Below are positions 28,614-38,010 of a DNA stretch of 64,000 bases, piece by piece. Each line of letters opens with the position of its first letter. The stretch's first letter is position 1. Under the pieces are notes generated by a model. That model was not told the origin of the DNA, did no database searches, and worked only from the letters and a program-made list of their open reading frames with translations. Source of the stretch: Ilumatobacteraceae bacterium. Its GTDB lineage: Bacteria > Actinomycetota > Acidimicrobiia > Acidimicrobiales > Ilumatobacteraceae. The position numbers were made by a program, and so were the translations under genes. The DNA is taken from assembly GCA_044362135.1 (NCBI GenBank), contig JBIKHN010000001.1, positions 111 through 64,110 of the forward strand. The letters are read 5' to 3'.

Positions 28614-30871
28614 CCAACACGCTGAATATTTTGGTGGTTGGCAGTGGGGCGCGCGAACACGCACTCGCTTCAAAGATCAGTGAGTCACCACGGTGCGCAC
28701 ATCTGCACGTAACTCCTGGCAACGCAGGTACCCCGGGAACACGTCACAATGTTTCAGCAACCGATATCGACGGCATCATTGCGCTGTGCAATACCAACCG
28801 CATCTCACTCGTTGTCGTGGGCCCAGAAGCACCGCTTGCGGCAGGGCTAGTCGATTCGTTACTCGCCGCCGGAATTGCAGCATTTGGTCCAAAACAGGCT
28901 CTCGCCCGCCTCGAATCCGACAAGTCGTACGCACGAACCATTGCCCGCACCCTGAACTTGCCTAGTCCCCGTTTTGCTTCATTCACACAAGGAAATGAAG
29001 CGGCAGCAATTGCATGGTGGAAGAACTTTGGCGCACACATTGTGGTGAAACAGTCTGGGCTTGCGGGCGGAAAGGGTGTGGTCGTTCCAGATTCTGTCGA
29101 AGAGACCCTTCTCGCTATTCGCGATGCGATTGCAATTGGCGACATCGTGCTGGAAGAACGTCTCGTTGGCACAGAATGTTCCCTCATTGCACTGAGCGAC
29201 GGTGTAACCAGTGTTGCGTTTCCACTTGCGCAAGACCACAAACGAATCGGCGAAGGCGATACAGGGCTGAACACAGGAGGCATGGGTGCATACGCACCAG
29301 CGCCAGTGCAATTGTCGGCCAATGAACTGCACGACATGTTCATCGCCCCTGTTGTTCAGCATTTTGCTTCGGCTGGAACACCATTTGTCGGCGTACTCTT
29401 TGCCGGAATCATGTTGACGAAAGATGGTCCTCGTCTTCTTGAATACAACTGTCGTTTTGGCGACCCTGAAGCTCAGGTCTTGCTTTCCTTGCTCGACTCA
29501 GACCTTGTTGAGCTACTGCTCGCGTGCACCACCGGTTCACTGAAACCAAGCCATCTTTCGATTCGGGAAGGTAGCGCACTTGGCGTAGTACTGGCATCAA
29601 GCAACTACCCCAACACTCCTCGCACGGGCGACACCATTACTAACCTGCCAACGACCAACCCAATGTGTTCTGTTTTTCATGGCGGAACCGAAATCCAAAA
29701 CGGAAATATGGTGACCGCAGGAGGACGCGTGCTCACCTGCGTGGGGGTAGGCGCAACACTTGAAGAAGCACGAACGCATGCGTACTCCGCTGCTTCGCGC
29801 ATTTCATTTGACGGCTCACAGATGCGTCGAGATATTGCGTGGCGTGCACCTGGAGCAACAATTAAGTCCTATGCATCTACCGGCGTAGACATTGATGAAG
29901 GAACTCGCGCAGTTGAACTCATCAAGGCAAGCGTTGCCAAAACCACAACATCGCAAGTGCTTCGCGGTGTTGGTTCTTTCGGCGGTGCTCTCGATGTTTC
30001 CTTTCTTAAAGAGTTCGATCACCCTGTGCTCGTTGGCTCAACCGATGGCGTTGGAACAAAGGTTGAACTTGCAGCGCGAACTGGTCGTATTCGCGGAACT
30101 GGCCACGACATTGTGAATCACTGCGTGAATGATGTACTCGTACAACGTGCATATCCGCTGTTCTTCTTGGACTACCTCGCTTCATCGCACCTCAATGCCG
30201 ACAATGTGGCAGAAGTTGTTGGTGGAATGGCCGATGCGTGTGCCACTGCGGGATGCGTACTGCTTGGCGGCGAAACTGCCGAAATGCCCGGGGTGTATGC
30301 CGAAGGCGCTTTCGACATTGCGGGAACCCTTGTTGGAGTAGCGGAACGCGACCAACTGCTGCCTCTCCCCACTATCGCCTCGGGTGACGTATTAATTGGC
30401 GTTGCCTCTAATGGACCACACACCAACGGGTATTCATACCTCCGCAAACTCTTCGCCTGGATTCCCATGGAATCACAACCCGCGCCACTTGACCGCCCAC
30501 TGGTTGAAGCACTATTGGAACCGCATCGCAACTATTTACCAGTGCTAAAAGATGCACTGGACACCGAACTGGTGAAAGCGCTCGTGCACATTACGGGCGG
30601 CGGGTTGCCAGAAAATATGCCTCGAGTTCTGCCACAAGGAATCGGCGCCAACATCAACCTCGGTTCGTGGCCAATGCCACCACTTTTCCAAATCGTCAGC
30701 GAACTGAGCACGCTTGACACCGACGAGCTGTATCGAACGCTCAACATGGGTGTTGGCATGGTGGTCATCGTGGCGCCCGAACATGTGCAAGCCGTTCAAA
30801 AATCAATTCTTGAAGACACGTGGATTATTGGTGAACTCACCAACGATCACAACAAGGTATTACTGAAGTGA
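28610..30871 (+). CDS. purD-purM: fused GAR synthetase (PurD) - AIR synthetase (PurM)
   Basis: 753 aa. aa 1-~415 are PurD (ILVVGSGAREHALA, ATP-grasp, RRDIAWRA end). aa ~420-753 are PurM (GSFGGALDV, VGSTDGVGTKVELA, GGETAEMPG). The junction is near nt 29870. Confidence 0.9.
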   Translation: MTNTLNILVVGSGAREHALASKISESPRCAHLHVTPGNAGTPGTRHNVSATDIDGIIALCNTNRISLVVVGPEAPLAAGLVDSLLAAGIAAFGPKQALARLESDKSYARTIARTLNLPSPRFASFTQGNEAAAIAWWKNFGAHIVVKQSGLAGGKGVVVPDSVEETLLAIRDAIAIGDIVLEERLVGTECSLIALSDGVTSVAFPLAQDHKRIGEGDTGLNTGGMGAYAPAPVQLSANELHDMFIAPVVQHFASAGTPFVGVLFAGIMLTKDGPRLLEYNCRFGDPEAQVLLSLLDSDLVELLLACTTGSLKPSHLSIREGSALGVVLASSNYPNTPRTGDTITNLPTTNPMCSVFHGGTEIQNGNMVTAGGRVLTCVGVGATLEEARTHAYSAASRISFDGSQMRRDIAWRAPGATIKSYASTGVDIDEGTRAVELIKASVAKTTTSQVLRGVGSFGGALDVSFLKEFDHPVLVGSTDGVGTKVELAARTGRIRGTGHDIVNHCVNDVLVQRAYPLFFLDYLASSHLNADNVAEVVGGMADACATAGCVLLGGETAEMPGVYAEGAFDIAGTLVGVAERDQLLPLPTIASGDVLIGVASNGPHTNGYSYLRKLFAWIPMESQPAPLDRPLVEALLEPHRNYLPVLKDALDTELVKALVHITGGGLPENMPRVLPQGIGANINLGSWPMPPLFQIVSELSTLDTDELYRTLNMGVGMVVIVAPEHVQAVQKSILEDTWIIGELTNDHNKVLLK

Positions 30872-31458
30872 CCACGCGGCTTGTGGTGTTGGCATCGGGA
30901 AACGGTTCTAATCTGCAGGCCATTATTGACGCGTGTGAAACTGGATCATTGAACGCGCAAGTTGTTGCGGTCATCTCAGACAACAGCAATGCCTACGCAT
31001 TGCAGCGAGCCGCATCACACAACGCTGCTTGCCGCGTAGTGAACACCACAAATACCAGCCGAAATGAATTCAATGTTCAACTTGCTCATACAGTGAATGA
31101 ATTCAAACCAGACATCGTTGTGCTCGCGGGGTTCATGCGGTTGCTCACTTTGGACTTTCTCACACACTTTCCAAATCGCGTGGTCAATATTCACCCAGCG
31201 TTACCTGGCGAACTACCGGGAACCAATGCCATTGCTCGAGCCTTTGACGAATTCACTGCGGGCAAGCGCACACATACCGGCGTGATGGTGCATTTTGTGC
31301 CCAATGAAGGTGTTGACAACGGCCCTGTCATTGATAGCGCCGTTGTTCCTATTTACCCAACAGACTCGCTTGCCGACTTAGAACAACGCATGCATGCAAC
31401 CGAGCACCAACTTCTTATTACCGCACTCATCCAACTGACCAAGGAGCACACCCCATGA
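30868..31458 (+). CDS. purN: GAR formyltransferase
   Basis: 196 aa. [26 protein letters not shown]-like (NIHPALPGE). GTGA overlap with purD-purM. Confidence 0.9.
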   Translation: MTTRLVVLASGNGSNLQAIIDACETGSLNAQVVAVISDNSNAYALQRAASHNAACRVVNTTNTSRNEFNVQLAHTVNEFKPDIVVLAGFMRLLTLDFLTHFPNRVVNIHPALPGELPGTNAIARAFDEFTAGKRTHTGVMVHFVPNEGVDNGPVIDSAVVPIYPTDSLADLEQRMHATEHQLLITALIQLTKEHTP

Positions 31459-32942
31459 GCAACAATGAATTTTTCAACCGTTTTGAAGGTCTTACATTCG
31501 ACGATGTCGTCGTTGTGCCTGGCTACAGCGATGTGCTTCCAGACATGGTGAACACCACCACCACGTTTGCCCGCGATATTGAACTGACCGTTCCTTTGGT
31601 GTCTGCGGCCATGGACAAAGTGACCGAAGCACGGTTGGCAATTGCCATTGCCCGTAACGGTGGGCTCGGCATAATCCATCGCAACCTCACCATCGAAGAC
31701 CAGGCCACAGAAGTTCGTCGCGTAAAGCGTTCGCAGTCGGGAATGATTACCGACCCAGTCACCCTCTCACCCACTGCAACTCTTGCCGAAGCAGAACAAC
31801 TGATGAACCGTTACCACTTCTCGGGCGTGCCCATTACAGACAGCAATGGAGTTCTTGTTGGCATTTTGACCAATCGCGACATTCGCTTCTGCAAGCAAAG
31901 CGACTACACACGCTCGGTCACCGAGTTCATGACCAGCACTGGCTTAGTCACTGCTTCTGAAGGCACATCGTTAGACGATGCTCGGTCAATCTTGCAAGAG
32001 CACCGCATTGAAAAGCTTCCACTTGTGGACAGCGCAGGAAAACTACGCGGGCTTATCACTGTGAAAGACATTATGAAGAGACAAGAGTTCCCCAATGCCA
32101 CTCGCGATTCTGGCGGTCGGCTACGCGCAGGCGCTGCAGTCGGAGTTGGCGACGACTTGGAAGAACGCGTCAACGCACTGGTTGCTGCTGGAGTTGATGC
32201 CGTCGTTGTCGACACCGCACACGGTCACTCGGCAGGCGTCATGAATGCTGTACAACGCATTAAGTCGGCATGGCCAGACTTGGCTGTTGTTGCCGGCAAT
32301 GTGGTGACCGAAGAAGGTGTAGATGCTTTGCATAGCGTAGGTGTTGATGCGGTAAAGGTTGGAGTTGGTGCTGGTTCAATCTGCACCACACGTGTAGTTG
32401 CAGGTGCAGGCATGCCACAACTTTCCGCAATTTGGCACACAGCACAGCGCGCGAAACAACTTGGTATTCCACTCATCGCAGACGGTGGCGTCACCTACTC
32501 GGGCGACCTTGTGAAAGCATTCGCCGCGGGCGCAACCGTCGTCATGTTGGGAAGTTTGTTGGCAGGTACCGATGAGGCACCTGGCGAAGTCGAACTGTTT
32601 GAAGGACGTCGTTATAAGAGCTATCGCGGCATGGGTTCGCTCGGTGCAATGCAAGGGCTCGGTGCCGACCGTTACGGTTCTGCACAGGGAGACGGCGCAA
32701 AGCGAAACAAGTTGGTTCCAGAAGGCATTGAAGGTCGTGTTGCCTATGCGGGATCGATCACCGATGTGATCTACCAACTTGTTGGCGGTCTACGTTCGGG
32801 AATGGGTTATGCAGGTGCAGCAAACTTGGCCGACCTGCACGCACGTGCACGATTTATGCGTGTTACCACCGCGGGTCGCGAGGAGAGCCACCCGCATGAT
32901 GTGACGATCACGCACGAGGCCCCGAATTACCACAGCAGCTAA
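31455..32942 (+). CDS. guaB: IMP dehydrogenase
   Basis: 495 aa. CBS pair, [11 protein letters not shown] catalytic loop, GSLLAG. ATGA overlap with purN. Confidence 0.95.
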   Translation: MSNNEFFNRFEGLTFDDVVVVPGYSDVLPDMVNTTTTFARDIELTVPLVSAAMDKVTEARLAIAIARNGGLGIIHRNLTIEDQATEVRRVKRSQSGMITDPVTLSPTATLAEAEQLMNRYHFSGVPITDSNGVLVGILTNRDIRFCKQSDYTRSVTEFMTSTGLVTASEGTSLDDARSILQEHRIEKLPLVDSAGKLRGLITVKDIMKRQEFPNATRDSGGRLRAGAAVGVGDDLEERVNALVAAGVDAVVVDTAHGHSAGVMNAVQRIKSAWPDLAVVAGNVVTEEGVDALHSVGVDAVKVGVGAGSICTTRVVAGAGMPQLSAIWHTAQRAKQLGIPLIADGGVTYSGDLVKAFAAGATVVMLGSLLAGTDEAPGEVELFEGRRYKSYRGMGSLGAMQGLGADRYGSAQGDGAKRNKLVPEGIEGRVAYAGSITDVIYQLVGGLRSGMGYAGAANLADLHARARFMRVTTAGREESHPHDVTITHEAPNYHSS

Positions 32943-33024
32943 GCCGAGTCACGACACACATGAGTGCATGACAGTTTCAATAAAGGTTATACCATTAGTT
33001 ATACCAATTTGCTATGCTGATCGA

Positions 33025-33240
33025 ATGGCACAAAAAGTTGGACCCAAGGGTCAAGTAGTTATTCCTAAAAAGTTTCGCGCCGAACTTGGAATTGAACCGG
33101 GTGACGAAGTTGTAGTTTCGCTTTCTGAAAATGGGGTACTCATTCAGTCCGTTCATGCGACTCAATCTCTTCGTGGCATGTTTGCTGGTTCTGGCATGCT
33201 CAAAATGCTCATGGATGATCGCCGCAAAGAGGCTCGATGA
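33025..33240 (+). CDS. vapB: AbrB/SpoVT-fold antitoxin (VapB-like)
   Basis: ORF 32968..33240 trimmed to MAQKVGPKGQVVIPKKFRAELGIEPGDEV (swapped-hairpin AbrB motif). ATGA overlap with the PIN gene. Confidence 0.7.
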   Translation: MAQKVGPKGQVVIPKKFRAELGIEPGDEVVVSLSENGVLIQSVHATQSLRGMFAGSGMLKMLMDDRRKEAR

Positions 33241-33614
33241 ACATATGTCTCGACTCATGGGCAGTAATCAATTGGCTTGAAGACGGACCTTCTGCTGCTG
33301 CCGTAGAAAAAACAATTCCATTTCGCCCAGTGATCAGCCTTGTCAATGTTTGTGAAGTTCTGTACATCCTCTCCAGAAAGCAAGGAGATAATGCCATCCA
33401 GCAGGTTCTCCCAGCACTACGCCAAAAACTTGCCTTCATTGAAGTTGATGAAGAGCTCACACTTTCAGCATCAAAGATTAAGGCGGCATACAAAATGGCT
33501 CTCGGTGACGCCTTTTGTGTAGCAACCGCACTCGCCAATAACGCGAAGATCCTCACCGGAGACCCTGAAATTATCAATGCAAAGGGAAATTGGAAAGTTC
33601 AGGATCTACGCTAA
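33237..33614 (+). CDS. vapC: PIN-domain toxin (VapC-like)
   Basis: 125 aa. Acidic PIN residues at expected spacing: CLDSW, NVCEVLY, GDAFCVATA, LTGDPEI. Confidence 0.75.
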   Translation: MNICLDSWAVINWLEDGPSAAAVEKTIPFRPVISLVNVCEVLYILSRKQGDNAIQQVLPALRQKLAFIEVDEELTLSASKIKAAYKMALGDAFCVATALANNAKILTGDPEIINAKGNWKVQDLR

Positions 33615-33618
33615 ACAC

Positions 33619-34455
33619 GTGATTTTGCATTTGTTGTCGCGTGAGAGTTGGGCCGAGGCTCAAGCACACGGACAGCTTGTCGCACCATCAATTGCCACCG
33701 AAGGCTTTGCTCACTGCTCGACCGAGCACCAAATGGTTGATGTGGCAAACAAGTACTACAGCGGCGCAAACAACATGGTGTTACTGAACATTGATCCATC
33801 GAAACTCACAAGCCAACTGAAGTTTGAACCACCTGCGCACCCTGACGGTTCGCCTGCGCTTCCCCACGAACCGCTGTTCCCCCACATTTATGGGCCAATC
33901 AATTTGGGCGCTGTTATTGAAGTCATTGACTTCCCATGCCGCTCAAACGGCGAGTTTGTTGCTCCGCCACAATTGAATACCTTCAGCATTGTCAATATTG
34001 CAGACGCACCACACCACTGGCAACGTGCCGCCGAACTTTCGGTAACCGAGTGGAAGAAATACTTCCCTAACGACACGGCGCAGACATATTTTGATCTCTA
34101 CGGTCTCACGGGGCAATATGACGGACACTTTGCAGAAACATACGTTGCATTAAATGCCAACGATGAACTACTCGGAATGGCAACTCTTGTTGACGATGAC
34201 GAACTACCCGAGTCAAACGAACCCGGACCATGGCTGGCAGCAGTGCTCACTTTGCCGTCCACACGGCTTAACGGTATTGGCTCCACTCTCGTTCAACGGA
34301 TTGTGCAACGCGCTCACCAACTCGGGCATCACGAACTGTTTCTCTACACCTCAGATCGGCAAGAGTGGTACGCGAATAAGGGCTGGCTGCCCATTCGCGA
34401 AACTCCATTAAATGGCATTGCACATACTGTGATGCGCTTGCCACTTGGCAAATAG
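33619..34455 (+). CDS. DUF952-like domain fused to GNAT N-acetyltransferase
   Basis: ORF 33577..34455 trimmed to GTG 33619. The N-terminal ~110 aa (..EGFAHCST..LLNIDPSKL..PLFPHIYGPINL) resemble DUF952. The C-terminal half has a GNAT acetyl-CoA motif (LNGIGSTLVQRIVQRAHQLG). Confidence 0.55.
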   Translation: MILHLLSRESWAEAQAHGQLVAPSIATEGFAHCSTEHQMVDVANKYYSGANNMVLLNIDPSKLTSQLKFEPPAHPDGSPALPHEPLFPHIYGPINLGAVIEVIDFPCRSNGEFVAPPQLNTFSIVNIADAPHHWQRAAELSVTEWKKYFPNDTAQTYFDLYGLTGQYDGHFAETYVALNANDELLGMATLVDDDELPESNEPGPWLAAVLTLPSTRLNGIGSTLVQRIVQRAHQLGHHELFLYTSDRQEWYANKGWLPIRETPLNGIAHTVMRLPLGK

Positions 34456-35217
34456 TTAGTCAAGGCTCCAGCGAACTTCGACTGTTACCGAAACGTCTTG
34501 AGTTCCAAGATTGATTTCGGTTTTTGCCATCGGCGATGTTGAGGTTGCCGAATCACCAACCATTAACGGGAACGACGAACTTGGTGAACTCACTTCGGTT
34601 ACATACACCACGGAGCCGAGATCTTCGTCAACCAATCCTGCGTAATCTTTGGCCTTTTCCTTCGCGCTCTTCATAGCAACCTCACGAGCCTGCGCAACTG
34701 CAGCGTCGGTATCAAGCAACGTTGGTGTTACGCCATATACCTGCAATGAGTTTCCACCCGCTGCAATTACCGCGTCCACAACTTCGCCGGCCTTTGCTGT
34801 GTCGCGCAACGTAACCGTAAACACCTGCTGTGCGCGATAACCACTGAGCGTTTGTGTTCCTGTTGAACTTGAGAGATATTCGGGGTACACGCTGACGTTC
34901 TGGGTTGCAATGTCTTCCTTGGCAACTCCCGCTGCCTCTAACGCTGCGCGAACAAGTTCTGCTGTGGCGCTTGCATCTGACATTGCAGATTCCGACGACT
35001 GTGCCAATACTGAGACTGCGAAATTGAAACTCACTCCGTCTGGCACAACCTTCACAGTTCCCGTTGCCTGAACCGTCACACCCTGAGCGGATTTCGAACC
35101 ATGACCATCATGATCGTCGTGGTCTCGCCCCATGCCTTCGCCAACTCCACAGCCTCGAAGGACTAACAATGCAAGCACAACGATGGCGGCTATTGCAGCA
35201 ATCTTTCTTAGTGTCAT
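34456..35217 (-). CDS. SIMPL/DUF541-domain secreted or membrane-anchored protein
   Basis: 253 aa. N-terminal hydrophobic anchor ending LRGCG, His/Asp-rich stretch RDHDDHDGHG, then a SIMPL-like body (VSVYPEY.., GYRAQQVFTVTLRD). Its stop abuts the convergent gene's stop. Confidence 0.55.
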   Translation of the reverse strand: MTLRKIAAIAAIVVLALLVLRGCGVGEGMGRDHDDHDGHGSKSAQGVTVQATGTVKVVPDGVSFNFAVSVLAQSSESAMSDASATAELVRAALEAAGVAKEDIATQNVSVYPEYLSSSTGTQTLSGYRAQQVFTVTLRDTAKAGEVVDAVIAAGGNSLQVYGVTPTLLDTDAAVAQAREVAMKSAKEKAKDYAGLVDEDLGSVVYVTEVSSPSSSFPLMVGDSATSTSPMAKTEINLGTQDVSVTVEVRWSLD

Positions 35218-35282
35218 ACATCCAGTCTGCCCGAAATATCACACAATTTCAGGTCACCGAAAGGCACTAAGTTCTAAGAGAT

Positions 35283-36383
35283 ATGAGTGCTCTCGACCCA
35301 GACAAACTGAAGATGTTCTCGTTCCTTCTGTTCACAAAACTAGAAGGAGCCGTTACCTCAGGAATGGTGCACTTGGGCGACCAACTTGGTTTGTATTCCG
35401 CTCTTGCTCAATCACCAACTGCAATGACCACCACGCAACTTGCACATGCAACGCATCTGAATGAACGTTGGGTACGTGAGTGGGCATACAACCAAGCATC
35501 TGCTCGATTGATTTCGGTAAACAACACGCCTTCAGAGATTCCCGAGATTGAAGACGACCAGTTCTTTCTCTCACCAGAACAAGTAGCAGTACTTGCCGAC
35601 CCAAACAGTCCGGCATTTGGCATGGGCATGTTTCACCGTCTGCCACAAACCATGGCAGCACTCAATAAAATGCCAGAGAGTTTCCGCACTGGTGTTGGCC
35701 ACGACTACGACAGTCACGGACCAGAAGGCGCAGTGGGTATTGAACGCAGTTTCGAACCCTGGACAAACGCAAACCTCATCGACACCGTGCTACCAGCTAT
35801 CAACGGCATCAGTGAAACTCTCGCGAGTGGCGCAACAGTTGCCGACATTGGATGTGGTGCAGGAAGCGCAGTACTCCTCCTGGGCAGACACTTTCCAAAA
35901 AGTTCATTTGTTGGTTACGACATCAGCCAATACGCACTTGATCGCGCCGCAGACAAGCTCAACGCATCGGGTTTGAAAAACGTTTCCTTTCATGACCCAC
36001 GCAACCAGCCCTTGCCTACGGACAACTCAATTGACTTCATCACCACATTTGACTGCATTCACGACATGACTCACCCAGCAGAAATGATGCACGCCATCCG
36101 CGCAGCACTTAAACCAACCGGCACTTGGCTACTCGTCGATATCAAAGCCCACGACACATTTGCGATGAACGCTCAGAAAAACCCTATGGCTTCGTTGATG
36201 TATGGCATCAGCGTGTTGTCGTGCATGTCCTCGGCTATGTCATCTCCAGATGGAGCTGGTCTTGGCACCCTTGGCTTTTCGGCCAATACCGCAGAAGCCA
36301 TGGCCAAGGACGCGGGATTCAGTCACTTCGCACGTCTTGATGTGGATCATTCCATTAACGCGTTCTACGAAATTCGCCCGTAG
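35283..36383 (+). CDS. class I SAM-dependent methyltransferase with N-terminal winged-helix-like dimerisation domain
   Basis: 366 aa. SAM motif I VADIGCGAGSAVLLLG. Overall layout resembles Rv2258c-type methyltransferases. Confidence 0.7.
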   Translation: MSALDPDKLKMFSFLLFTKLEGAVTSGMVHLGDQLGLYSALAQSPTAMTTTQLAHATHLNERWVREWAYNQASARLISVNNTPSEIPEIEDDQFFLSPEQVAVLADPNSPAFGMGMFHRLPQTMAALNKMPESFRTGVGHDYDSHGPEGAVGIERSFEPWTNANLIDTVLPAINGISETLASGATVADIGCGAGSAVLLLGRHFPKSSFVGYDISQYALDRAADKLNASGLKNVSFHDPRNQPLPTDNSIDFITTFDCIHDMTHPAEMMHAIRAALKPTGTWLLVDIKAHDTFAMNAQKNPMASLMYGISVLSCMSSAMSSPDGAGLGTLGFSANTAEAMAKDAGFSHFARLDVDHSINAFYEIRP

Positions 36384-36419
36384 TTACGCACTCAACTCGC
36401 CACTATTATGTGGTGACCA

Positions 36420-36492
36420 GCGTTCGTAGCTCAATGGATAGAGCATCTGACTTCGGATCAGAGGGTTGGCGGTTCGAGTCCGTCCGAGCGCG
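36420..36492 (+). tRNA. tRNA-Arg (anticodon TCG)
   Basis: Hand-folded 73-nt cloverleaf: acceptor GCGTTCG/CGAGCGC, D arm GCTC..GAGC, anticodon stem TCTGA/TCAGA with loop CTTCGGA, T arm GGCGG-TTCGAGT-CCGTC. Confidence 0.85.
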
Positions 36493-36496
36493 CTGA
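36465..36496 (+). repeat. 32-bp direct repeat, copy 1 (T arm to 3' end of tRNA-Arg plus 4 nt)
   Basis: GTTGGCGGTTCGAGTCCGTCCGAGCGCGCTGA, identical to 38018..38049. Confidence 0.85.
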
Positions 36497-36505
36497 AAGT
36501 AAGAC

Positions 36506-37804
36506 TCAGACTCTGAACTGTGAAGACGTCCAGGTACCGAGGTCGGTCCCCGTTGCCGAGACTGCCTTCACCGCAATCGTCCATATGCCCTTTTTCAGAT
36601 TGGTGAACTGACTACGGACGACTCCAGCAGAGGTTGGCGCAAGCATTGACTTGCTAATGCTTCCACCACCAATTCGACTAGCCACTACTTGATACGTACG
36701 AACATCGGGGCTTGCAGAATTTCCTGGAGTTGAAACAGCAACAGTCATCCCTTTTGCACGCACACCAACGTGAACCTCGCATGCAAATGTCGCAGAAGGA
36801 AGTTGTGAAACTGCTGACTTGACGGATTGCACCAGTTGACCGCCAATCGATGCGGCAACACACTGAGACTGGCTTCCACTGGCCGGAACCGTGCCGCCTG
36901 TAGTGGCAATGGACATCGTTACTGTTGCAGTTGCCGTCTTCGCACCGTCGTTTGCAGTCACGGTAAACACCGTTGACGCCATGGCCGAAGTTGGAATTCC
37001 GTAGATAATTCCCTTCGTCGGGTGTAATACAAGACCAGATGGAAGGGCTGGTCTAACAGTGAATGCCTTACTCGCTGCTAATGAACTTGAAGCAAGTATG
37101 GCGGTGTCAACAATTGCTTTACCCACTTGTCCATTCACGGTCTGCACAGCAGGAGTTAACTTCAACGGGCCTTCAACAACAATACGGATCACTGAAAAAC
37201 CATATTTTGCACCATCTGAAACCGTGATGATGTAGACACCTGAGCTCGCTGCATTAATCGGTGTTCCCGAAATAACACCAGTTGCAGTATTGATTGAAAT
37301 GCCATCAGGCAGTTTTGGAGTGACCGAGAAATACTTTGTTCCCGTAATGAGTGGAGCCGACAGTGCCGTCGTTGCAGTAAGCGCTGTGCCCACTTTCCCA
37401 CCTACTGATTGGGAAGCCGGAGTTACGGCAACATTTTGACTGGACACTTCAGCAACCGTGAGTGTCAGCGTTGCCATGGCCGAAGATGCGCCGTCGGAGG
37501 CAACAATTGAAAACGTCGTTGCTGCCAATGAGACCGTTGGCGTGCCACTGACTACACCTGTTGTTGAATTTAATGACAGTCCCGCAGGAAGTGCCGGCGT
37601 AATCGTGAAGGTTTTGGTACCAACAATTTCGGTTGACACGAATGCGGTCGTCGCCGTCATTGCCTCACCCACCGAAACCGTTGCGGTTTGCGTGGCCGGG
37701 GCAAGCGATGGGGCTGCGCCAACATAGCTGGTTGCTACAGGAAGAGTAACTACCAAAGATGTCAAACCAACCATTGCAATAACTCGAAGTAATTTCTTTC
37801 GCAT
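36506..37804 (-). CDS. secreted protein with three He_PIG/cadherin-like 'putative Ig' repeats and a FN3-like C-terminal domain
   Basis: 432 aa. Signal peptide MRKKLLRVIAMVGLTSLVV. Repeats TPALPAGLSLNSTTGVVSGTP, TPKLPDGISINTATGVISGTP and RPALPSGLVLHPTKGIIYGIP. RBS GGAGAG upstream. Confidence 0.6.
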   Translation of the reverse strand: MRKKLLRVIAMVGLTSLVVTLPVATSYVGAAPSLAPATQTATVSVGEAMTATTAFVSTEIVGTKTFTITPALPAGLSLNSTTGVVSGTPTVSLAATTFSIVASDGASSAMATLTLTVAEVSSQNVAVTPASQSVGGKVGTALTATTALSAPLITGTKYFSVTPKLPDGISINTATGVISGTPINAASSGVYIITVSDGAKYGFSVIRIVVEGPLKLTPAVQTVNGQVGKAIVDTAILASSSLAASKAFTVRPALPSGLVLHPTKGIIYGIPTSAMASTVFTVTANDGAKTATATVTMSIATTGGTVPASGSQSQCVAASIGGQLVQSVKSAVSQLPSATFACEVHVGVRAKGMTVAVSTPGNSASPDVRTYQVVASRIGGGSISKSMLAPTSAGVVRSQFTNLKKGIWTIAVKAVSATGTDLGTWTSSQFRV

Positions 37805-38010
37805 ATGACTCTCCTACCAATCAGGGGGTACAACTCAACTAGTCAGGACAGTATCTCACTTACGGTGTTGAATACTTGATGCACTCAGATATTTCTCTTG
37901 TATCGCATATCGCACAAGTCTTAGATTTTTTCTGAACGTCCATGGTTGCTCAGCGAGCAATACAGAATGAAGTCACAACTGGGCAACACTGCTATCAACT
38001 TGTTATCAGT

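Noticed and set aside
36384-36584. 66-aa minus-strand ORF
   Set aside because: It is simply the reverse complement of tRNA-Arg(TCG) and its flanks.
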